Positions 22,175 through 32,900 of a stretch of DNA of 64,000 nucleotides are shown here, in pieces; within the stretch, counting starts at the first letter, position 1; every line of letters begins with the position of its first letter. Made by a program: the position numbers and the translations under genes. Origin of the DNA: Macrostomum lignano (lineage: Eukaryota); assembly GCA_002269645.1 (NCBI GenBank), contig NIVC01003985.1:2372-66371 (forward strand), in the 5' to 3' direction. The notes beneath the pieces were generated by a model. It saw only the letters and a program-made list of their open reading frames with translations. It made no database searches and had not been told where the DNA came from.

Positions 22175-25150
22175 TATTTAACAAAAGCTTTTACCAGTGA
22201 ACAGGTTCAAGTAAACAAGAAGGTTCAGTGCAGAGAGGGTTGGCTGCATCGATTTTCTGGATTGCAAAGAATACAATTTGGAATGCTTGAAGCTACGCGT
22301 CAGTTGACTAAGTTAAGTTAAGCTAAGTTAGACAATGGGAGCAGTGCACGCGTTTTACTAAGGCTATAATTTTAACTAGAATTTAATTCTTCTTAAACAG
22401 TACACACATCTTTTCTGGGAAACTGTCATCACGTTAGCTTGAAAAACAAAAAATACTCTTTAAGAGCCCATTGTTGAGCCAACTTTTACATGCCTCTACC
22501 ATACTACATCGCTATCTCCCTCTTTTCATCCCATCACGCACCGGGAGCTTAAGCCCAATTAATTACTTCTTGTTTGCCACATTTCAATAGCAGGAAAATC
22601 CGTTGTCATAGACGCTAGCACTAGCTCTTCATTGGACAGCAAGTGATATCTATAATTCATAGGGCCGAGCCCACTTCTCAACAGTGAATTGGAGGGAGAA
22701 TGATTTCGCATTTCTTCTGAGGCAGCGCGATGCAGATGAGAACTAAAAATTGCAACCCGTTTTTGCAAATTTACGGCAAACACACAAGCCATAAACACTT
22801 GCGCAGTCATATGAGTGATGTCGTGCGACTTACATCATGACAGCCGACACCCAAGTCACAGAGAGTGTACATGCCTGCCGATTAGAGAAAGTCAAATTGG
22901 CGCTGTACACCTTGTGGCGAGCGTGTGTGTGACTGCGTGCCTGCGTACAGTTTGGTGCTCTTCTTAGTTAGCACTGGTTGTGACATGATGTCACTGAAGG
23001 CCTTCGGTCCTGGATGCCCATAATCCACTTGCAACTACGAGCTATTTATAGGTCATTTAAGCAGTTTTAAAAAAGCGTTTCACATGCCGCAAATTCCAAA
23101 GATAAAGACCAGTCTCACTGCGATTGAAAACTTTTATTGAGAAGTCACCTCTTACCAATCGAAGGACAGAAAGGACGTAGTACATTTAGAGTCTAACTTA
23201 AAGGCTAAGACCTTTGCTCTAACTAAAGAAAAAGTAAAACAATTTTTTTTTGTATTCCACGGCTTGTACAAGCATTTTTTCACTTTTAAGTATGAATTTA
23301 TAATTAATTTGATGACAGAATAAACAAGCCGCAACGGCACAAGATTTCCTACCAAAAAAGGTTACAAAAGGCAAAACAGCGTATTAAAACGTAGGAACAG
23401 AATAGAGAACGTTGCGAATTTTTGTTTCAATGTTTACGAGCTCGTACTACTACGATCAATGAGTCAGCAGCTGCAACTATTCAAAATTCATTGCACGAAG
23501 GGCCGAACGAGGAACACGCAGAAGATGGCGACGGTGGCCACGCAGCCTATGATGGCCATCAGCCGCTCCACAGCGACCGCTGCAACCTGCCAGTCCGAGC
23601 GCCTTGGCTGTCCAGAGGTCTCTCCAAGGCTCTCATCTTCGTCGCCCACCTTGCTCACAACAGAGTCGTCGGCGTCTCTCTCCGGCGCCGTCCTGCCGCC
23701 GCCTCGCCTCTCACCGCACAGCATTGCGCGGCCCAGGCAGCTCACGAACACGAACCGAAGACACGACGGCATCGGCTGAGACTCCGCAGCGAAGTGGAAC
23801 CGAATCGACACCGACGTCAGCAGCAGAGACGACGTCGACAGCACCATGGCCGCCGTGATGAACGACGCCACGGCCGGCATCGACTGCGACTTGGGCAGCA
23901 GGCCGTCCAGCAGCAGCAGGAACACCGTGTAGCTCAGCATGATGGTGATGCCGAAGCCCAGCTTCTCTCCAGACTCAACGGGCACGAAGAAGACGAGCAC
24001 CTGGAGCAGCGTGAGCAGCAGCAGGGGAGTCACCACGTTGAGCATGTAGTAGGTGGACTCGCGCTCGATCTCCAGTCGTACCACGTAGTTCGGCAGCGGA
24101 ATTTTCGGTAGTCGTTTGAAAATTTTATAATAGCGGAAGTGCACAAAGGTGCTCACATTTAGTATTCGCCATTCGCTATTTTCGACATAAGTAAAAAGCT
24201 CATTGTATTGCAGACCCTGTGCGAGCATGTCGCCTGTATGCGGCATGACCAGCTTATTGCCGCGGCCCATGTCGTACATGTAGAGCTCCATATCGCAGGT
24301 GTGCCGATCGAACGGGAACTGCCTCATGTCGAACTCGCAGGAGAACTCAAAGTTTCGTTTCCAGTTAGTGCTTACTATGGTTGAATTCGGTGACACGGAA
24401 GTCAGGAATACGGGAAGCTGGGGCTTCATCAGCTGATCATCGCCGATGCCGTTGTACAGGAATATGATGGGGAACCAGATCAGACTGCTGTCCCAGTCCA
24501 CGACCGACACTCCTCCGAACTTGGAGGGGTCCCACACCAGGCGCTGCTCCTCCCAGGTGGCATATAACAATCCGGAAATCTTGAAGCTCTGGCTAGCGCT
24601 TTCAACGGACACAATTTGATTAACTATGGCGGCTACAGAGACGTTCACAACTTCTGTGTGGTTGAGTCTCGGCCAGACCATCGGGTGATAGTCGGTGATG
24701 TTGTTCTTCAAGTACTTCATGAGCTCGATTTGTGGATCAGATGCGTTGCACAGTGGCAGAGCTGCAACGAGAGCCACTGCTGGCAGAAGCAGCAGGTCCA
24801 CTCTTGGATGAAGCATTGCCAAACTCAAAATAAGAAAGTGTTTGCCGAAACTCAGCCTTTCTCTGGATGAACGTCAGTCGATACGCTTTTTCAGTTTGCC
24901 TCCAATTTAACGAGCCAACAGGAAAAAAAGAATTTTTCAACTACCCACTTTGCAGTTGCCAGACTTCTTTCCGCTAATTGGCTAGGCTCCTACTAGATAC
25001 CAAATCAAAAAGGGATGTGGCACAAAAAATGATTGACACTTTGACACAAAATTTCACTTTTGACCAAAATTTTAGCAATTCGTCAAACTTCTCAAGATCT
25101 GCTTAGCAACTCTGGGAACAATTATATTTTCGAATTCGGCAAGAATTCTG
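22175..25150. repeat. Segmental duplicate of about 9835-13560 (channel gene plus flanks)
   Basis: Collinear matches: 9839 TTAACAAAAGCTTTT = 22179; about 9870-10330 = about 22220-22730; about 10960-11000 = about 22860-22910; 3' flank 11680-11829 = 23330-23488; 5' flank 13167-13560 = 24829-25150. Confidence 0.85.
23488..24816 (-). CDS. Intronless Cys-loop ligand-gated ion channel subunit, copy 4, 442 aa (closest to copy 3)
   Basis: ATG at 24816; signal peptide identical to copy 3; Cys-loop CEFDMRQFPFDRHTC; GEK-TM2; TM4. Confidence 0.95.
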   Translation of the reverse strand: MLHPRVDLLLLPAVALVAALPLCNASDPQIELMKYLKNNITDYHPMVWPRLNHTEVVNVSVAAIVNQIVSVESASQSFKISGLLYATWEEQRLVWDPSKFGGVSVVDWDSSLIWFPIIFLYNGIGDDQLMKPQLPVFLTSVSPNSTIVSTNWKRNFEFSCEFDMRQFPFDRHTCDMELYMYDMGRGNKLVMPHTGDMLAQGLQYNELFTYVENSEWRILNVSTFVHFRYYKIFKRLPKIPLPNYVVRLEIERESTYYMLNVVTPLLLLTLLQVLVFFVPVESGEKLGFGITIMLSYTVFLLLLDGLLPKSQSMPAVASFITAAMVLSTSSLLLTSVSIRFHFAAESQPMPSCLRFVFVSCLGRAMLCGERRGGGRTAPERDADDSVVSKVGDEDESLGETSGQPRRSDWQVAAVAVERLMAIIGCVATVAIFCVFLVRPFVQ

Positions 25151-25869
25151 GCATATTATGTAGAATTGGCTCTTTGTATCTTTGTTAGTTAAAATAATAT
25201 TCTCAGTAAGCGATGCCTTACTTATAGTAGGGAAAACCGTATTTTTAGTATAAAAATTTACTCTAGGCGAGTAACCTACGTTTTCTAACTGTCTTATCTG
25301 ACACTTAATCAAACTTTAATCGAGTTTTCAAGCTAGAATTCGTCGTACAAAAAAGCATGAAAAAATCGGAAGTGCCATATTCGACAGATATCGCACGAGA
25401 GTCAGAGGTGTTAAAAAACTTCAATATTCTCAGGAAGGCTGTTGTGGGCACCATGTGGTAAAGCCTTCAGCAACACGGTCCCACAACCAGCCCATTCCAC
25501 TGACAACAGAATTATGAATTGACCCATTAGTCGTGGCGTGAAAGACAGACTTATCTTATTTATAATAAATCTGTGCGTTTTGTATGTAATTCTTAGTGTT
25601 CAGCACCGAATGTACGTAGCTTAGCTCGTATATGATACACAATGTCTAATATTATGAATTTCTTATAGGCATAGGAAAGTTGAATTTTCATGTAAAATAT
25701 GATTTTTGTTTAACCAAAAGACAAAGTCTGGTTAACACATTCTGACTACGCGGATATTGTGAAAGGAAGAGTCACCAAATATACGATGATTCGAAAAAAG
25801 TAAGTCTCAGGAACGTGGTATAAAGTAAGTATATTTGTGCTGTATCACTTTTTATTTGCATTTTAAAGA

Positions 25870-26210
25870 CAACAATAAACAAACAACAAAATACGCGAAC
25901 CCGCATGCAAAGTCACAGTTAGAGCAGGGCGCGTCAAATGGCGCGCCGCAGAGCCTGGGAACGAACGAAATCCGCTCCGTTGGCAGTGTCGGGCGCCCCA
26001 GCGTCGCACAGCAGGCAGTCCACGTATCGACGGGTTCGGGCCTGACCCCGCCTGAACAGGGTGAGCAACAGGACGTCCTGAACAGGTAGGGGGCAGTAGC
26101 CCTCGGCCCGGATCACGTGGCCTGCCATTTGAAGTCGCCGCCGGCGCAGGATGATGAACGGGCGCTGCAGTTTGGCCCGATCGTACAGGGCCTCGGTCTT
26201 GACACTCTCG
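25870..26210 (-). mobile_element. 3' fragment of an RTE-like non-LTR retrotransposon
   Basis: Post-RT motif RRRLQMAGHVIRAEGYCPLPVQDVLLLTL..RRGQARTRRYVDCLL, with a short TTG-rich tail. Same family as 44290-44760. Confidence 0.7.
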
Positions 26211-26994
26211 CCAGCTCAAAAGGCCGCACGGAGCAGCCATGAGTGCGCCGAGTATTGTTGTTGCAGTAGCTGGAACTGGAGTGGCTTTACTGCAGAGCAG
26301 AGCAACTGACAGGACATTGAAAGCACCATTAAGTTCTTCAGAGTGCCATTTAAGTAGGAAGCCCGAAGAAAAACGTTTGGAGTAAGGGAATAAAATTGTT
26401 GAATCGCAAGCGATTAGCGACGTCGGACTCCATGTCATGCCTGACGATTAGATAGTCAAAGGGCCGCTGTGCAACCCTGTGTGAGCGCTTGTATGAGTGC
26501 GTGTCTGTGTACATACATACTGTGTATTGAATCCGTGATTTTTTATAATTGTCCGCTTTGTATCTGTGGAAACAATTTTTTGCGGAGGCAAAATCTCGAA
26601 TCCCTTTAAACGCAATCAATTGGCTGATGAGTACGCGTACGCATGCAATAAGCTGAGGTGCCGCTTCTTCTCATTGGGCGAGTGGTTCGCGATTTGCAGA
26701 CAGCTGGGCTTGCACAGTGACCGGGCGATGGCGCAGGGAGAGGAAGGCGTATCCAAGACGGGAAGGGAGGTAAAACGGTCTCTGACTGGGAGAGACAGGT
26801 GCACAGGAAAATATTTTAGTAGCTAGGTGGGTGAGAGGAGAATTAAATAACAGGACGGCTTCGGCGGAGCTTCTGATCTCTTCATAGCCATTACAGGAAG
26901 CCCATTTGATTTCTAACCCAGCTGACGCTCCAGCATCCGTCCGTACAAGCACGCCGCAACTTCCACATCAAAGCCAAACAGCACAGATCTGGCA

Positions 26995-29900
26995 ATGTCT
27001 GCAGGCAAAGCCGAATTTAGCTCGTCTGGCAGAAGCAATGGAATCACAACTGCAAGTGCTACAGTTGGTAGGCACATCGCTAGGACCACCCGGGTTGGTC
27101 CCGAGCCTGCGGCGAGTCTTAGCAACCAGCATCAGTGGGAGGAGCAGACAGTTGTGAGTTCGATCTGATGGTTCAAAGTTGTTTCATTTTAATCGAAATG
27201 AGAAGCATCCATTTTACACAGCGTTAAAATTTTGAAGAATTTCGTGCACGAGATTCAAATGATCAGAATGACCCTATAATCGAACCAGCTGGGATTGATT
27301 GAAAACCTCATAAACACCTACTTTTACAGAGCAGAGCTGAGGAATTTCAGCTAAGACTTTCAAATTTGCCTCATCAAAACATTATCGATTTGTTTAAATG
27401 CGGCGTTCGAACTTCTGGCTCCCGACCGTGTCTTGGCTGGCGCAAAGACGTTCGGTCACCGTTCATCTGGCTGAGCTATCAAGAGGTGAGAGAAGAGTGG
27501 GTGCTGTGAATTGTGCTATTTTTCGTTTTAATAAAAAAAAATTGACCTTCATAAAAGCTTCAGGAAACGCTGTAAAAGCCTGAGCGAACTCAACCTGTGG
27601 GTGGCATGTTTAGCAAATCAAACAGGTGAATTTATCGTGCACAAAAAGGACTGCGCAGCCGCTTTGAATTTTGAGCATGCTGAGCTTCCAGGAGAGTCAG
27701 TCGTTTGCGAATATTCTCAATAGAAATTAGTTCTAAGATTAGGTTTCTATGGCTATGGCTAGTCGCATTAGAAAATTTCCTGCTCAACATTGCACGCAAC
27801 GGCTGCATGCAACTTGAGTAGCCAGGTATAGTTAGACAATCATCTGATCAACGGCTTGCCCAGGTGCCATGAAGCTAAAGGATATTTAATCCAAGACTAA
27901 AGATTGTTGATGAATTCAAAGCTGCAAAGCTCTGAGCATAAGATCAAAGGCTCACTCAATTCAGTACAAAGTAGCTTAGTTTATAAATCTCGCAGAATCT
28001 ACAAAAGCGCTGTTGACCAGATTTACGCAAATGGTGGATATTCAGCATGGCTACATTTGGATAAAGCTGTTTCAAAGCATTACTTGCATGTTTAAAGCGC
28101 TTCAAGCTAGAATTCCTATTTCAGCTCATCGCTTCTCGTCCGCCTCATAAACCTTCTGGGCGCAGTTTCATAGCCTCAAACTAACAAATTCAAATAGAGG
28201 TGAAAATCATCCGTCAGTTTAATTAAATTAAATTAAATTAAATTAATTAATATAAAAGCAGCAACGCTTCAAGACTCCTGAACTCCTGTCATGCTTTTCT
28301 GCGGCAATTCGTGAAAAATATTTACAGCCGAATGCCTGCATGCGGACACGAGTCCAAGGCCAAGTGAGTGAGCAGGTGCGAATAGATGTACTTATATAGC
28401 CAAAAATATGGGCAAATCAGTCATAATGCTAATCTAAGAGAAACAGCACAAGGTCTGTAGGAAATACCGTTGGGCTTTCAAATATGAGACCAAGCAGTTG
28501 AAAACAATTTAAATACTTAATATCCTCGAATTTAACCACAATAATTAATAAATGAAAACGCTTGCTATTTCAGTATTGCTTTCGAAATGATATTGTAATA
28601 TAAACTGAAGTTGCTATTCCACTAGGAGTGCCAAATATTAAATTTTGTTAAAGCGTTGTGACTGCATTTATCATTGTCGGCAAGATTTGTTCATTTGGAA
28701 AGTTAAGTAGTTTGTTATATAAAAAGACAAAGTTAGTGAAATATTAAAAGATATATATTTATGTACACATAAATAGATAACAAATATAAACTATTTATTG
28801 ATATTAAATTAACTGATCGACTAGCTAATTATTTAAAAATCTATTAAGGATAACGCTCGTATTCAATATTATTCCAAATAAACAAATGGCCCCAACGATG
28901 ACTAATGCCGTGCAGTCGACTTGTATCGGAATATTATCATTACTATTTCTATTGCTTCATTGTTCCCTGGAGTATTCGATGTTGCGACAAGTCTCAATTT
29001 TGCTGCAATCAAAGGTTACAGCTGATCCCAGAGATGAGGCCACTCCCATCTAAATTTTCCCCAGGTGCTGACCCAGTCGCACAGCCTCGGGTCTTACCTG
29101 TGTGGCGGTCGGGTGCGCCTGACCTCCGGCGACCGAGTGGCCATCCTGTCCAACCGCGGCAGGCCAGAGTGGTCCATCGCGGAGCTCGGCTGCTGCTTCT
29201 TCAGCCTCGTTCCCGTGGCCATCGACGATGTCAGCCAGGCCAACCAGTCAGAGGACTCCGGCCAGCAGAATCTCTCAGAGCTGCACCGAGCCCTGCTGGC
29301 TGTTGGCGGCGTTGCGGTCGTTCTGCTGCTGTGCGACACCCAGTCCGAGGTGCAGCTGAGGCGGCTGGCCGCCATCAAAGCACCGCTGCTTCGCCAACAC
29401 CTCCGATGCGTCATCGTGGCCGCGGACGACGACGAAGTGCTCAGCAATGGTGAGCGTCGAGGAAGCTTGGGCGAGGCGGGCGGAGTTGCCGACGATGTTG
29501 AGATCGATGGTCTGCCCGTGGTCACCTGGCAGACGGCGCTGCGACACGGCCGAAGGGAGCCGCTCACGCCGGAATTACCGGGTCGGGATGACACTGCTGT
29601 CATCTGCTTCACCGGGGGCACCTGCGGTGAGTGGCGCTTGAGTTTTGACCGCCGAGATTGAGTCAATTTTTCGTGACTTCACTGACTCTCCTAACGTGAC
29701 TTCACTGACTCTCCTAACGTGACTTCACTGACTCTCCTACGTGACTTCACTGACTCTCCTAACGTGACTTCACTGACTCTCCTAACGTGACTTCACTGAC
29801 TCTCCTAACGTGACTTCACTGACTCTCCTAACGTGACTTCACTGACTCTCCTAACGTGACTTCACTGACTCTCCTAACGTGACTTCACTGACTCTCCTAA

Positions 29901-32900
29901 CGTGACTTCACTGACTCTCCTAACGTGACTTCACTGACTCTCCTAACGTGACTTCACTGACTCTCCTAACGTGACTTCACTGACTCTCCTAACGTGACTT
30001 CACTGACTCTCCTAACGTGACTTCACTGACTCTCCTAACGTGACTTCACTGACTCTCATGCCGTGACTTCGCTGATTCTTATGCCGTGAAATCAAAAAAT
30101 GCTGGCTCAACGCCTTCGAGTATGTTTTTTGTGTGATCATACGGCTATTATATATTTTTTCATCGCTTTGTACATCCTTGACATGATTCCATGGCGTTGT
30201 GAAGAAGCCTTAAAGTTAAAAATTAAGTCATTTGACCTTTCGGTTGTTTTAAAATTCTATACATATACTAGAGAATTGGGTAACAGAAATGGACAAGACA
30301 CTTCTTTACCTCAGTTGATTACTTTTCTTCTTCCTCACACAGTATTTTAGTTCAAGAGAAACCTTCAACATTGAAGCGAAAAGTTTTTACGGATGCTACC
30401 ATATCCATAAGTTCACCAGGGCTTTTGACTAAAGACGGAAAGGCACTTATGAAAGCGTTCGGAAGAACGCATTAGACTTAGGCGCATTAGAAGGTAAAAT
30501 TCACAGCTGCTCGACTCATGCAGCGGCAGGAGTGAAACTGATCCCCATCAGAAAGGTCACCCAAGTAACCGCAAAGGCCAGAGTTCTAATTGGCTAACTC
30601 ACCCCTCTGCACTTCCTGACTACGATGGACAAAAGAAAACCTTTGGAAATTGTTTATTGAATACTCGTAATTCGATTTCAGAGACTAATTTAGCTTTGCC
30701 TGCTCAGGGGGCGCCACTCAGTAGTAACACACCTGCAGTCTTTTCAGCAGCGAGGTGTGAGACAGCAAAAGGTCAAACTCGCATTATACAGCTCTGCTCT
30801 GGCCAAGTCAGATTGGTCTGCAATCGCATGTAAATCTGTTGCGCTTTTTGGCTTCTGGGCTGTGCGAAATGTAGCAGATTATAGAATTAATGCTTTCCAG
30901 GCCATGGGTTAATTTTACCGCATGCCCCCAAAGAGGGTCCGGGGTGCTAGTCTGCATATACTAAAAATTTAGCATACTTTAATTTATAATTTAGGCTACG
31001 GGTTGTAGCCTAGTGCAGGTTAGAGCGTCGAACTCACGACTGAAAGGTCGGAGGTTCGATTCTCGACCCATTAGAAACAATTTGTGTTCTTGAGCAAGAC
31101 ATTCAACTCTGCATTGCTTCAGTTCACCAAGCTGTAAAATGGGTGCCAGTATTGGCTGCGGTAATTGAGGGTGTGTGTGGCGACCCCTCAGTCTTTGGAC
31201 TGAACAGCCGTACGCAGCCTTCAGATGCGCCGCGCAAATAGCTGCGACTGAGCTGTCGGTTGCATATCTGCCTATTAGAACAGGTGCAATCTATTAGCCT
31301 ACTGAAAGCTATGCTCGAATGTCCAGATTAATTCTAAAATATCTGGAGTCTCTCAATGTTTGCAAAGGGATGAATTTTCTGTGATGTGGCACATTGTGAA
31401 GCGGGGGATTTTCCTTTCTGAGCATCCGTTTAGTAATCCAAATAATTTCCATAAGAGCAGATTCCAAATTGCACCATTTGTCTAACAATCCATGCCAACC
31501 TCAAAGCGCCTATATTTGATCCCGAGTACATTTTTTTCCTTTTCAATTAATCGACGCGGTTATCTGTTCCTCCGCAGGTGCTCAAAGGGCGGTGCGCCTG
31601 ACTCATGGCAACCTCATCGCTCAGTGGATGGCCATGTGCGACTTCCTCTCGGCTGGCAGGGGAAATGTGAGTCCTCTCTCTTTTTACAGCTTCTCTTTCT
31701 CTCTAGCTAGCTACCGGTCTCCCAGGTAGGAGATTAGATTTGCTTTTTTCTTGATTAAAAAGCCTACAGGTATTATTAATTGCATTTCCTTGCAAAAGCA
31801 AAGGCCTGTCATTTTTATTTAATAGATTTGCAGGAGAATGTTACCCACCGATCAGCTATAAAAAGCAGCCATAAGTATTGTACTGGTACCTGCTCTGTGA
31901 ACTCTTCATTTTTGAATAATCGGAAAATTATGATAAATTGCTGCTACAAATTGCAATAAAGATGTTTGACAGGTGTTTCACAAAGTATCCTGATACAAAC
32001 TGGCAGGTGGCATTGCCTCAGAAATATGTGGGCGGCAGTGTGCTTGTGCCAGAAGGAAAATTGTCTGAAAATGAAGACGCGGCAACAAGAAAATGTCAAA
32101 ACAGATCTGCATCAAAATTCAAAGGTTTCAAAGGAATTAGCAGATTTCCACATAGCTTCAAATGTAAACGCCTGAAATGTGACTGTCTAATCGGTCAGGC
32201 ATGCACTCTGTGTGCCTCGGGGGTTGGGGGTTATTATGACTCATCACTAATTGCCACAGAACTCCCTGACCCAACCCCGCCAGTGCTCGCTGCTCCCATC
32301 CAGCGAGGACGCCCACCTGAGCCACCTGCCGCTGTCTCAAGCATTCGAACGCAGCCACCAGCTGCTCTGCTTCTCCCAAGGCGTTCGCGTCGCGTTCTGC
32401 CACAGCGCGGCCGGGGACACCGCCGCGCAGGTGCAGTCGCTGCTGCAGGACATGCGCGAATTGCGGCCAACGCTGCTTTTTACAAGACCAGCCGTGCTCA
32501 ACGGTTTCCAGAGCTGGTCGGCCGAGACAGCCCGATCCAGAGGCTGTTTGAGAGGCCTAGTCTACAATATCGCTTTGGGCAGACAGCTGGCTCGAGAAAG
32601 TCGAGAGCGTCCGCCAAACGAATTGAATGGGTCGTGCGACGCCGGCTTCTGGGACCGGTTCGTCTTTGGCGAGCTGCGAGCGGCCACGGGCGATCGGCTA
32701 CGGCTGGCCTTGGTGGTTGCCGACCCGTTGCCAAGCGGGCTGAGGCTGTTCTCCGAGGCGGCCCTGGCCTGCCCAGTGCTTCCGGTCTACGGGCTGGCGG
32801 AAACGTCCGGGCCATGTCTGGTGGACGGCCGACCCTTGGGTCATCTGGCTGTCCGACTGACTGTGGCGTCCAGTTCGCGGACAGACAATGAAGCTGAAGA

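Noticed and set aside
26913-27125. Hydrophobic minus-strand ORF resembling a membrane protein
   Set aside because: Antisense to the predicted first coding exon of the ACSL-like gene.
31000-31072. tRNA gene candidates (also 36745-36816, 40160-40228, and a weak one at about 34185-34260)
   Set aside because: A and B boxes are present but acceptor stems are incomplete, and the first three continue into SINE bodies.
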